A stretch of DNA of 64,000 nucleotides from an uncultured virus (IMG/VR IMGVR_UViG_3300030103_005758) (Duplodnaviria > Heunggongvirae > Uroviricota > Caudoviricetes), in the IMG/VR virus record IMGVR_UViG_3300030103_005758. The stretch is one strand, 5' to 3'. This document shows, piece after piece, positions 39,324 to 48,312 of the stretch. Below the pieces are notes generated by a model that searched no databases, was not told the DNA's origin, and was given only the letters and a program-made list of their open reading frames with translations. The first letter of the stretch is position 1, and every line of letters begins with the position of its first letter. A program made the position numbers and the translations under genes.

Positions 39324-39565
39324 AAAAAATACTTTATTTTACAGCAGCATGGTGTGGTCCATGCCAAGCATTAGGTCCTATAATGGATTCATTACAAGGA
39401 CAAATCAACTTTGATAAAATCGATGTTGATTCAAACACTGAACTATCAGCTCAATATGGAGTTAGAGGAGTTCCTTCATTAATTCTTTTAGAAAATGAAA
39501 AAGAAATTAATAGATTAGTAGGTGTACAATCAAAAGAGAATATACTTAAATTTTATAATGGGTAA
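39320..39565 (+). CDS. trxA: Thioredoxin
   Basis: WCGPC, 'VRGVP'. Confidence 0.95.
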   Translation: MKKILYFTAAWCGPCQALGPIMDSLQGQINFDKIDVDSNTELSAQYGVRGVPSLILLENEKEINRLVGVQSKENILKFYNG

Positions 39566-40226
39566 TTTAGATAAAATTTTTAAAAGTATTTATGTTGAAA
39601 AAAAATGGGGTTATAAAGATAATGATGTTTTTTACTCTGGTATGGGGTCACATTATAAAGATCTAGTAAACCCATATATAAATTCTATTAAAAATTTTAC
39701 TGAAAATTTTAAAGAAAAACTTAACGTAATTGATATAGGTTGTGGTGATTTTAATGTAGGTAAACAACTATTACCTTATTTTAATAATTATACTGCTGTA
39801 GACGTTGTAGATTCTTTAATTAAATATAATAAAAATAAATTTAAAAACTTAAATGTTAATTTTCAAACCCTAAATATAACTAATCAAACTATTCCCTTTA
39901 CTGATGTAATTATATTAAAACAAGTTTTGCAACATCTATCAAATCAAGATATTTTTAATATTCTAAAAAATATATATTTAAAAAGCAAATACATAATTCT
40001 TACAGAAAGTATACCTTATGATTCTTTTACTCCAAATTTAGACATTAAATCTGGAGTTAAAACAAGAGTTGCAGAAAATAATAGTGGAGTAGATATACTT
40101 TCTTTACCATTTAATTTCCCTATTCAAGAAAAATTTATTACATTAACATTAGAAGAAATGATTGAATCAGGAGAGGATAAATTAAAATATTTAACACAAA
40201 CAATAATATATAAGCAATATGAGTAA
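39558..40226 (+). CDS. Class I SAM-dependent methyltransferase
   Basis: 'SGMGS', 'IDIGCGDF', 'VLQHL'. Confidence 0.8.
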   Translation: MGNLDKIFKSIYVEKKWGYKDNDVFYSGMGSHYKDLVNPYINSIKNFTENFKEKLNVIDIGCGDFNVGKQLLPYFNNYTAVDVVDSLIKYNKNKFKNLNVNFQTLNITNQTIPFTDVIILKQVLQHLSNQDIFNILKNIYLKSKYIILTESIPYDSFTPNLDIKSGVKTRVAENNSGVDILSLPFNFPIQEKFITLTLEEMIESGEDKLKYLTQTIIYKQYE

Positions 40227-40683
40227 ATTTATATCAACAAAAATTTTTGATGGTTTTAGTTGTGTCTTTAGACAATGGAAAGCTGAAACTACACACTGTA
40301 GATATCTTCATGGTTATGGGGTATCATTTAAATTATGGTTCGAAGGTGAACTAGATGAAAGAAATTGGGTATGGGATTTCGGAGGAATGAAAAGAGCAAA
40401 AGGTCAAATAGATGGAATGTCTCCTAAAGCATGGATGGATAATATGTTTGATCATACCTTCTTAGTAGCAGAAGATGATCCCTTTAAGGAATCATTTATA
40501 AGAATGGATGAAGCAGGAGTAGCTCAAGTCAGAATAGTACCAGCTACTGGGGCGGAGAAGTTTGCCGAATTTATTTTTAATAAATTAAACCCATTTATCC
40601 AGGAAGAAACAGATGGTAGAGTAAAAGTAATAAAAGTAGAATTTAGAGAGCACGGAAAAAATAGTGCAATATATGAAGATTAG
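40219..40683 (+). CDS. queD: 6-carboxytetrahydropterin synthase
   Basis: 'HCRYLHGY', 'DFGG', 'FDHTFL', 'AEKFA', 'E..KNSA'. Confidence 0.85.
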   Translation: MSKFISTKIFDGFSCVFRQWKAETTHCRYLHGYGVSFKLWFEGELDERNWVWDFGGMKRAKGQIDGMSPKAWMDNMFDHTFLVAEDDPFKESFIRMDEAGVAQVRIVPATGAEKFAEFIFNKLNPFIQEETDGRVKVIKVEFREHGKNSAIYED

Positions 40684-41437
40684 TCACGAGGTACCTAAGG
40701 TTTTATTAAATAATAGTCGAGAATGGAATGATTATGATTATTGTTTACCTCATCTTTTAGATGAAGATGAACAATATAAAAATTTTTTCTATGAATCTAA
40801 AAAACAAGGTCGTTATATCATTATGGATAATTCACTTCATGAATTAGGTAAAGCATATAATCACGAAAGATTATTACACTGGATAACAGAATTACAACCA
40901 AATGAATTTATAGTACCTGATGTTTGGATGAAACAAGCCCAAACTTGTGCTCAGGCAAAATATTGGTTACAATTTAAATATCCTAAAAATACTAAAATAG
41001 TAGCTGTAGTACAAGGTGAAGATAAAGTTAAAGCACATTTATGTGCTAGTTTAATTAGAGATTTAGGATATAATAAACTTTGTATATCTTATGGTGCGGG
41101 TTGGTATGGTGATAATCCTTTAAATAAAGCCCTAGGTAGAATAAATTTTGTTAAAGAGTTGTTAGAAGATAAAAGATATAAAGATACTAAATTTCATTTA
41201 TTAGGTTGTGCTGTACCTCAAGAGTTTGGTTGGTATAGAAATGAATCTCAAATAGAATCAATTGATACCTCAAACCCAATAATGGCAGCTTTAGAAGGAA
41301 TTTCGTACACAAAAAGTGGTTTAATAGAAAAACCAAAAGCAAATATGAATACTCATTTTGATATTAATCCTGAAGAAATAGATTATAATAAAATACTAAA
41401 AAACGTAAAAAGATTTAGAACAATAAATGGTTTATAA
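40673..41437 (+). CDS. TGT-fold / DpdA-like 7-deazaguanine transglycosylase (putative)
   Basis: 'IMDNS..E', 'VPDV', 'VVQG', 'FHLLG', 'SIDTS' match the TGT/DpdA motif order; lies between queD and queC. Confidence 0.6.
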   Translation: MKISHEVPKVLLNNSREWNDYDYCLPHLLDEDEQYKNFFYESKKQGRYIIMDNSLHELGKAYNHERLLHWITELQPNEFIVPDVWMKQAQTCAQAKYWLQFKYPKNTKIVAVVQGEDKVKAHLCASLIRDLGYNKLCISYGAGWYGDNPLNKALGRINFVKELLEDKRYKDTKFHLLGCAVPQEFGWYRNESQIESIDTSNPIMAALEGISYTKSGLIEKPKANMNTHFDINPEEIDYNKILKNVKRFRTINGL

Positions 41438-41625
41438 TGGCAGAAATAATTAGACATATTAGTGGAATGTGTGGTGAACATTTTCACCCAAACATTTGGC
41501 ACCTTTTATTAGGTGGGGTTGGAATAACAACTATTTTATCGTATATTAGTTTATACTTAAAATGTAAATTTAAAGCGTTTGCCTATACGCTTAATAATAC
41601 CTGGCAAAAATTTAAATTAAAATAG
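41437..41625 (+). CDS. Small membrane protein with HxxGxCGExH motif
   Basis: Coupled ORF; one TM segment. Confidence 0.5.
   Translation: MAEIIRHISGMCGEHFHPNIWHLLLGGVGITTILSYISLYLKCKFKAFAYTLNNTWQKFKLK
41573..41607 (+). promoter_or_regulatory. Candidate H-type pseudoknot upstream of queC
   Basis: AAGCGT/ACGCTT stem; loop TTGCC is complementary to GGCAA at 41603. Confidence 0.4.
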
Positions 41626-41627
41626 AA

Positions 41628-42422
41628 ATGGCAAAAAATGTCGTAGTATCCTTATCTGGAGGGATGGATTCCTCAACTTTATTACTTAGATGTTTATCTG
41701 AGTATGATAACGTAACTGCTTTATCTTTTGATTATGGTCAAAAACATAGAGTAGAATTAGAAAGGGCTCAATCATTAATTAACTATGTTAATGAAAATGG
41801 GCAAAATGTAAATTACCAAGTTATTAAATTAGATGGTTTAGTTAATTTATTAGAATCAAATTTAGTAGATGGGGGTGATGATGTACCTGAAGGACATTAT
41901 GAAGAAGAAAATATGGTTGCAACTGTAGTACCTAATAGAAATAAAATATTTGCTTCTATTACCCAAGCAGTAGCATTATCTATAGCAAATAAAACAGAAG
42001 AATCTTGTGATATTGCTTTAGGTATTCATGCTGGCGACCACGCAATTTATCCTGATTGTAGACAAGAATTTAGAGATGCTGATGATGCAGCATTTAGAGT
42101 TGGTAATTGGAACTCAGAAACTGTGGGTTACTTTACACCGTATTTAGAAACAGATAAATTTGGAATACTACAAGATGGACAAATCCTTGTTAAGAACCTT
42201 GGAATTGATTTTAATGAAGTATATAGACGTACTAATACTTCTTATAAACCTTTCCCTAGCGGTAATAGCGATTATAAATCAGCGAGTTCAGTGGAAAGGA
42301 TTGAAGCATTCATTAAATTGGGTGTCAGTGACCCTGTACAATATGAGGACGAAACTGGGCCGGTAGATTATGAAGTTGCGAGAAAACATGTTGAAAAGTT
42401 ATTAGCAGAATATTCGGAATAA
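41628..42422 (+). CDS. queC: 7-cyano-7-deazaguanine synthase
   Basis: 'SGGMDS', 'FDYGQKH..EL', 'VPNRN', 'YPDCR.EF'. Confidence 0.92.
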   Translation: MAKNVVVSLSGGMDSSTLLLRCLSEYDNVTALSFDYGQKHRVELERAQSLINYVNENGQNVNYQVIKLDGLVNLLESNLVDGGDDVPEGHYEEENMVATVVPNRNKIFASITQAVALSIANKTEESCDIALGIHAGDHAIYPDCRQEFRDADDAAFRVGNWNSETVGYFTPYLETDKFGILQDGQILVKNLGIDFNEVYRRTNTSYKPFPSGNSDYKSASSVERIEAFIKLGVSDPVQYEDETGPVDYEVARKHVEKLLAEYSE

Positions 42423-42458
42423 TAATATTTATGGGTTATAAAATTAGAAAGTAAAAAA

Positions 42459-42602
42459 ATGCCAAAAATAAGTAAAGAAACAGGTAACCCACAAGTTAAT
42501 ACAGCTCGTGATAGTTTTAATAATAATGTACAAAAATTAAGTTTATTAGGGAAAACTAAAAAGGTGCAATGGGGTGATATGAGAAGATATCGCACCATTT
42601 AA
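42459..42602 (+). CDS. Small basic protein (47 aa, not in ORF track)
   Basis: MPKISKETGNPQVNTARDSFNNNVQK...RRYRTI*; TATTTAT motif upstream. Confidence 0.5.
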   Translation: MPKISKETGNPQVNTARDSFNNNVQKLSLLGKTKKVQWGDMRRYRTI

Positions 42603-42606
42603 AAAT

Positions 42607-42679
42607 TGCGGGGTGGAGCAGAAGGTAGCTCGCTGGGCTCATAACCCAGAGGTCAGAGGTTCGAATCCTCTCCCCGCCA
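42607..42679 (+). tRNA. tRNA-fMet (CAT), initiator type, CCA not encoded
   Basis: Cloverleaf with GCGGGG/CCCCGC acceptor, 1:72 mismatch, GGG/CCC anticodon stem, CTCATAA loop, GGTTCGAATCC. Confidence 0.95.
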
Positions 42680-42686
42680 CTATTTT

Positions 42687-43205
42687 ATGGAAACAATAAA
42701 TTTATTTCCCCAAATTTTAAAATCATTTAAGTATTCTAATAATACTAATTTTCTTTTAGAAGAAATAAATAAAATTAAAGCTTTATATCCAAATAAAGCT
42801 CCTTCTTTATTTAAAGATGCAATTTATACTTCTCCAAATTTTCTTTTTCAAAGTTATAAAAATTTTAAATTTTTAGAAAATGATATAAAATCATTAGTTT
42901 TAAAAAATTATAATAAAAATTGTAAAATTACTGATTCTTGGATTAATATATATTATAAACATGGGTATAATGATTTCCATAACCATTTTAAAAATGATCT
43001 AGCAGGGGTATTATATTTAAAGGTTCCAAAATCTCATCCTGGGATTAATTTTCATAATAAACATAACCCTATTCAAATATTTAATTATAAACCTCCCTCT
43101 AATACAATAATCTTCTTTGATGGTGATCAATATCACAGTTCTTTTCCTAACCCTGAAAATACTGAAAAAATAATTATAGCGTTTAATATATCTTTTAAAG
43201 ATTAA
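42687..43205 (+). CDS. 2OG-Fe(II) oxygenase (TIGR02466-like)
   Basis: 'SWIN', 'HNH...LAGVLYL', 'YHSS', 'IIAFN'. Confidence 0.75.
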   Translation: METINLFPQILKSFKYSNNTNFLLEEINKIKALYPNKAPSLFKDAIYTSPNFLFQSYKNFKFLENDIKSLVLKNYNKNCKITDSWINIYYKHGYNDFHNHFKNDLAGVLYLKVPKSHPGINFHNKHNPIQIFNYKPPSNTIIFFDGDQYHSSFPNPENTEKIIIAFNISFKD

Positions 43206-43257
43206 TATATTTAAACAAAAAGTTTACAATATTTATAGATATAAATTTATATATTAG

Positions 43258-45093
43258 ATGGCTACATTAACCAATAGGACTATAAGATCGACTTACGATC
43301 AACTTTTACAACTAGAAGATAATTTAATTCAAGACGGTTTTGGAACTCATTCTTTAAGTGGTTCCTATAATCTTACTGGAAGTCAATTTATATCTGGTAA
43401 TCTTCATATTAATGGTACAGCTTCTATTGATTATTTAGTTTCTTCTTATGAATCATCATCTATTATTTTTAGTTCAGGTTCAACAAAATTCGGAGATGAC
43501 ACTTCAGATACCCATGAATTTACGGGAAGTGTTCTAATAAGTGGTTCCGCTTTTAGTACAAATTGGAGTGGATCCTTTACTGGTTCATTTATTGGTTTAG
43601 CAGATTCTTCATCTAATGCGACAAGAGCAGTTACTGCTTCACAAGCTGATAGAGCTACAACATCTTCCCTTGCTAATAAGGCCTCTAATCTACAAATAGT
43701 TGGAGAAGATTCAAGTGCAGCCACTCATTATGTTCTTTTTGGCCCTAACTCATCAGGAGAATCTGATGTTAATGCAGATGGTAATTTAAATTATGTACCC
43801 AATACTGAAACTTTAACAGTTACTAAAGTAATAGGTAATTTAGAAGGAACAGCATCAAATGCTGATACAGCATCTGTATTATTAGGTTCTGTAATTTCGG
43901 CTTCTCATTGTGAGACCGCTTCACTAGCAATTTCAACATCAGTAGTTAATGTTACTTCAACTTCATTTGCAAACAGTGGTGATGGTCCATTTACTGGTTC
44001 ATTTTCATCCAGTTTACCTTCATTATTATCCGGTTCATTTACAGGTTCCTTTACTGGCTCATTAGTTGGTAATACATCAGTTAGTAACATACTACAAACT
44101 GGTACTACTCAAACAACGGGATCTAATACTATTTCTGGGTCATTAACAATAACAGGAAGTTCAACTTTAGCAGTAAGAATAACTGGTAGTACAGCTTTAA
44201 CAGGAAGTCTATTACAAAGTGGCAGTATTGTATCAACTGGAAGTTTATTACAAAAAGGTAGTACACAAATTTCAGGTTCTACTCTTTTATCAGGTTCATT
44301 ACTTTTAACAGGTAGTAGTACCCTGGCATTAAGAGTTAGCGGTAGTACAGCTTTAACGGGTAGCTTACTACATAGTGGTAGTACAGCCCTAACGGGGAGT
44401 TTATTACAAAGTGGTAGTATTGCATTAACTGGAAGTTTATTACAGATTGGTACTACACAAACTACTGGATCTAATATTATATCTGGATCATTATTAATAA
44501 CAGGTAGTTCTGCAATAGGACTTAGAATGTCTGGAAGTACGGCATTAACGGGTAGTGTTTTCCAAACAGGATCACTTAATGTAACTGGTAGTACTAATTT
44601 ATCTGGATCTTTAGTAATAGTAGGAAATATTAATACGGGACAGGGTGTTACAGAAGTATATTTACAAAACCAAAATTTAAGAACAGCTGATTCAGTACAA
44701 TTTAATGGACTAGGAGTTGGAACAGCACCATCAGGAGTAGCAGGAGCTATTTTAGCTACTAATGATGTTGTAGCATTTGCTTCTTCAGATGAAAGATTAA
44801 AGGAAAATCTAGAACCAATTGGAAGTGCTACAGAAAAAATAGGACAATTAACTGGTTATACATTTGATTGGATTCCAATGGAAGGAATTCATGTACATTC
44901 AGGACATGATGTTGGAATTATTGCTCAAGAAGTAGAAAAGGTACTTCCTGAAGTTGTAGAAACAAGAAAAAATGGTTATAAAGCTGTTAAATATGAAAAA
45001 CTTACAGCATTACTTATACAAGCCCTTAACGAACAACAAAAAGAAATTGATAACCTTAAAAGTAAGGTTGGATCGTTAGAAAATCGTTTGTAA
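43258..45093 (+). CDS. Tail fibre with S74-like chaperone, outside the structural module
   Basis: TGS repeats, 'SGSTKFGD..D.HEFTGS', 'SSDERLKENL...GIIAQEVE'. Confidence 0.8.
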   Translation: MATLTNRTIRSTYDQLLQLEDNLIQDGFGTHSLSGSYNLTGSQFISGNLHINGTASIDYLVSSYESSSIIFSSGSTKFGDDTSDTHEFTGSVLISGSAFSTNWSGSFTGSFIGLADSSSNATRAVTASQADRATTSSLANKASNLQIVGEDSSAATHYVLFGPNSSGESDVNADGNLNYVPNTETLTVTKVIGNLEGTASNADTASVLLGSVISASHCETASLAISTSVVNVTSTSFANSGDGPFTGSFSSSLPSLLSGSFTGSFTGSLVGNTSVSNILQTGTTQTTGSNTISGSLTITGSSTLAVRITGSTALTGSLLQSGSIVSTGSLLQKGSTQISGSTLLSGSLLLTGSSTLALRVSGSTALTGSLLHSGSTALTGSLLQSGSIALTGSLLQIGTTQTTGSNIISGSLLITGSSAIGLRMSGSTALTGSVFQTGSLNVTGSTNLSGSLVIVGNINTGQGVTEVYLQNQNLRTADSVQFNGLGVGTAPSGVAGAILATNDVVAFASSDERLKENLEPIGSATEKIGQLTGYTFDWIPMEGIHVHSGHDVGIIAQEVEKVLPEVVETRKNGYKAVKYEKLTALLIQALNEQQKEIDNLKSKVGSLENRL

Positions 45094-45103
45094 ATTACCT
45101 TTA

Positions 45104-46213
45104 ATGAGTTATAATATTTTAGGAATTAACAGCAGTCATAATGGCTCAGTTTGTGTTTTATGTGATGGGGAAATTGATTTTTTTGTAGAAGAAGAAAGAT
45201 TTTCTAGAAATAAACATGAAGATACACCTGTAGAAATTTTAAAATATGTTGCTTCTAAATATAAAATTGATGAAATTGCTATTGGTGGTTTAGAAATTCT
45301 TTTTGAAGCAAATGCTTCAAAAATTTATCAAAATTATTTAAAACTTTTATTCAAAAATACTCCACTTACTAATTTATTAGGATCCCATCATCTTTGCCAT
45401 GCTTTTTCTAGCTTTAGCAGTTCAGGTTTTAATAAAGCTTTATGTGTAGTTATAGATGGGTCTGGAAGTTTATTATATAGAAAAGAGGATGAAAAATTAA
45501 TAGGAGTAGAAACTGAAAGTATTTTTACTTTTAAATATCCTACAAATATAAGCACTATATATAAATCTTATAAAACTTTTAATCCTAATGATGATAAAAG
45601 TACAGATAGTAAATTAATGAATTTTAATATTACTTTAGGAAAATTATATGAAAGTATTACTACTAAATTATTTGGACATTGGGTGTATGCCGGTAAGACT
45701 ATGGGTTTATCTTCTTATGGAAAATATGACAAAAATATTCCTTCATTAATAATAAACCAAAGAGCTAATCCTAAATTTTTAGCAGGAAAAACTACAACTA
45801 ATATTAAAATGGATCTTAATGATGTTGAAGGTACCATAAATACAAAGTATGATTATTTATTTAAAGAAGAATTAAAGTCTAATATATGTTATCATTTACA
45901 AAATGAGATACAAGAAGTTGTAGGAGATATAATAGAAAAATATGTAAAAAAAACAGGATTAAAAAAAGTTTGTGGCTCCGGAGGTTATTTTTTAAACTGT
46001 GTATCAAACTATTATTTAAAAAAAAGATTTCCTGATATAGATTTTTATTTTGACCCAATATCAAATGATGCAGGTATAGCATTAGGTGCTGCTAAATTAT
46101 TGTGGCATATGAGAAAAAATGATACAACCATAAGACCTCAAAAAACATTATATAATGGGCCAAAATATACTAATAAAGAAATTTATAAAAAAATTCAAGA
46201 ATATTTGGATTAG
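45104..46213 (+). CDS. NodU/CmcH carbamoyltransferase, N-terminal (Kae1-like) domain only
   Basis: 'ILGIN.SHNGS', 'EEERFSR.K', 'HHLCHA', 'DGSG', 'GKTMGLSSYG', 'GGYFLNCV', 'DAG'. Confidence 0.85.
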   Translation: MSYNILGINSSHNGSVCVLCDGEIDFFVEEERFSRNKHEDTPVEILKYVASKYKIDEIAIGGLEILFEANASKIYQNYLKLLFKNTPLTNLLGSHHLCHAFSSFSSSGFNKALCVVIDGSGSLLYRKEDEKLIGVETESIFTFKYPTNISTIYKSYKTFNPNDDKSTDSKLMNFNITLGKLYESITTKLFGHWVYAGKTMGLSSYGKYDKNIPSLIINQRANPKFLAGKTTTNIKMDLNDVEGTINTKYDYLFKEELKSNICYHLQNEIQEVVGDIIEKYVKKTGLKKVCGSGGYFLNCVSNYYLKKRFPDIDFYFDPISNDAGIALGAAKLLWHMRKNDTTIRPQKTLYNGPKYTNKEIYKKIQEYLD

Positions 46214-46251
46214 TTATATAGTTATATTATATTGGGACTAATATTAGTCCA

Positions 46252-46282
46252 AGTGACAGTAAAACCACTATAAAAAATTAAC
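46252..46282 (+). ncRNA. Candidate preQ1-I-like riboswitch aptamer upstream of queE
   Basis: AGTG-ACAGTAAAAC-CACT-ATAAAAAA-TTAAC immediately before the ATG. Confidence 0.45.
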
Positions 46283-46284
46283 AT

Positions 46285-47058
46285 ATGCTTAAAAGAATAG
46301 ACGATTATTCTAAACGTCTCCCAGTATTAGAATTATACACAGCAGTACAATCGGAGGGATCCAGACAAGGATATCCTACTATTGTAGTTAGAACAACAGG
46401 CTGTACACACAGATGTTATTTTGGAGAAGGTGGATGGTGTGATAGCTGGTATACATCAATACATCCTGAAAAAGGAAAATATAATTTTCAAGATATTATT
46501 GATATGTACGATAAACATCCCCATATAAAGGAGATGATGTTAACAGGAGGATCACCAACAATGCATCCTGCTTTAGTAAATGAATTAACACACCTAGCAA
46601 ATGAAAGAAATATTTTCATTACCATCGAAACTGAGGGATCTCATTTCCTTCCCACTGACTTTCCTATTGGTCTCCTTAGTATTAGCCCTAAATTCAGTAA
46701 TTCAGTTCCTACTCTCGGTGCTACAACTCCTCAAGGACATACTGTGGAGCAGAAGATGATTGATAGACATAACAAGTATAGATTAAATAAAGAAGCTATA
46801 AAAAAGTCTATTGAATATCATAATGATTACCATATTAAACCCGTATTAGATAAAGATTTAACTATGGTAGGTGAAGTAGAAGAATTCATTAAAGAACTAG
46901 ACATTCCAGATCATAAAATTTGGGCAATGCCAGCAGGTGATGATAGGGAATCATTATTTGAAAGTTATGGTCCTGTAATGAACTTTGTAAGGGATAGAGG
47001 TTGGAGATATACCGGTAGATCCCATATAATGGCCTTTGATACAGAAAGAGAGGTTTAA
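46285..47058 (+). CDS. queE: 7-carboxy-7-deazaguanine synthase (radical SAM)
   Basis: 'ELYTAVQSEG', 'RTTGCTHRC...WCDS', 'TGGSP', 'IETEG', 'SISPK'. Confidence 0.9.
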   Translation: MLKRIDDYSKRLPVLELYTAVQSEGSRQGYPTIVVRTTGCTHRCYFGEGGWCDSWYTSIHPEKGKYNFQDIIDMYDKHPHIKEMMLTGGSPTMHPALVNELTHLANERNIFITIETEGSHFLPTDFPIGLLSISPKFSNSVPTLGATTPQGHTVEQKMIDRHNKYRLNKEAIKKSIEYHNDYHIKPVLDKDLTMVGEVEEFIKELDIPDHKIWAMPAGDDRESLFESYGPVMNFVRDRGWRYTGRSHIMAFDTEREV

Positions 47059-47193
47059 ATGGATAAGGAAGAAGCACTCCAAATTTTAGAAGAAATAAAA
47101 GAAAATGTAAATGTCTGCTGTGCCGTTACTATGGAACCAGAAGATGTATTAGAATTAATAGATAAATTAGAAAGTTATATAAATGAACAATAG
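47059..47193 (+). CDS. Small acidic protein (44 aa, not in ORF track)
   Basis: MDKEEALQILEEIKENVNVCCAVTMEP...NEQ*; bridges queE and folE. Confidence 0.55.
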   Translation: MDKEEALQILEEIKENVNVCCAVTMEPEDVLELIDKLESYINEQ

Positions 47194-47875
47194 AAAACAA
47201 CAACACACAGATTTAGAATCTGTACCAGTAGGTTACGCAAATGGTGTAGCACCTGGATTTCCTTTAACAGATAAGGAAAAACAAAAAATGATAGATCGTG
47301 CTGCAAAAGCATATGGTAAATTCTTAACTGAATTAAAATGTGATTGGGAAAATGATCCTAATTCGGCTGATACACCAAGACGTGTAGCTAAAGCCTATGT
47401 AAATGATTTATGGGAAGGTAGATATACTGCTATGAGTGAAGTAACATCTTTCCCAAGTGATGGTTATGATGGTATAGTAATAGAAAGAAATATACCAATT
47501 ACATCAATGTGTTCTCACCACCACCAAACTATAAAAGGTTTAGTACATATAGGTTATATCGCAGATGAAGATGGTAGAGTAGTTGGATTATCTAAATTAA
47601 ATAGGATAGTAGAATTATTTGGTAGAAGAGGAGCAATACAAGAACAATTAACATCAGCGATTCACAATGCTGTAAACACTATTTGTACGAATAATAAAGG
47701 TGTTATTGTTACAGTAGTAGCTACACATAATTGTGTTAGTTGTAGAGGAGTAAAACATCATGGAGCTTCAATGGTTACAACAAAAGCATCTGGTGTATTT
47801 ATGCAAAATGAAAACTTAGCTAGAAAGGAGTTTTTTGATTCAATTAAAGTTAATAATGGAAATCATCCTGTATAA
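47183..47875 (+). CDS. folE: GTP cyclohydrolase I
   Basis: 'TPRRVAK', 'SMCSHH', 'GLSKL.R', 'QEQLT', 'HNC..CRGV'. Confidence 0.95.
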   Translation: MNNRKQQHTDLESVPVGYANGVAPGFPLTDKEKQKMIDRAAKAYGKFLTELKCDWENDPNSADTPRRVAKAYVNDLWEGRYTAMSEVTSFPSDGYDGIVIERNIPITSMCSHHHQTIKGLVHIGYIADEDGRVVGLSKLNRIVELFGRRGAIQEQLTSAIHNAVNTICTNNKGVIVTVVATHNCVSCRGVKHHGASMVTTKASGVFMQNENLARKEFFDSIKVNNGNHPV

Positions 47876-48312
47876 TGGTAATAGAATTAAATGATAAAGC
47901 ATTCCTATCATGGGATGACATAGAAAAACAAGTTGATAAACTTGTAGAACAAATAAATAAAATGGATAAAAAACCATTTTACATTTATGGTGTGCCTCGT
48001 GGAGGAGCCATTCCAGCTGTATGGTTATCTCATAAAACTGGTATAAAATATCAACAAATTAATTCATCCCAAATATCAAAATCAGCAGATTTATCTCATG
48101 TATTGATAGTAGATGATATTTGTGATTCAGGAGAAACAATACAAAAACTTAAAGAAGATTTCCCTAAGTGTTTAACTGCAACTTTATATCATAAAGAATC
48201 AGCAATTGATAAACCAGATATTTATGGAGAAATATCCACGTATAATTGGTTATATTTTCCTTGGGAAAACCAACAATCCTCAGAAGTAAGAGATAACACA
48301 TATGGGTTATAA
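47875..48312 (+). CDS. Purine-type phosphoribosyltransferase
   Basis: 'SWDDI', 'GVPRGG.IPA', PRPP loop 'LIVDDICDSGET', 'W.YFPWE'. Confidence 0.85.
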   Translation: MVIELNDKAFLSWDDIEKQVDKLVEQINKMDKKPFYIYGVPRGGAIPAVWLSHKTGIKYQQINSSQISKSADLSHVLIVDDICDSGETIQKLKEDFPKCLTATLYHKESAIDKPDIYGEISTYNWLYFPWENQQSSEVRDNTYGL

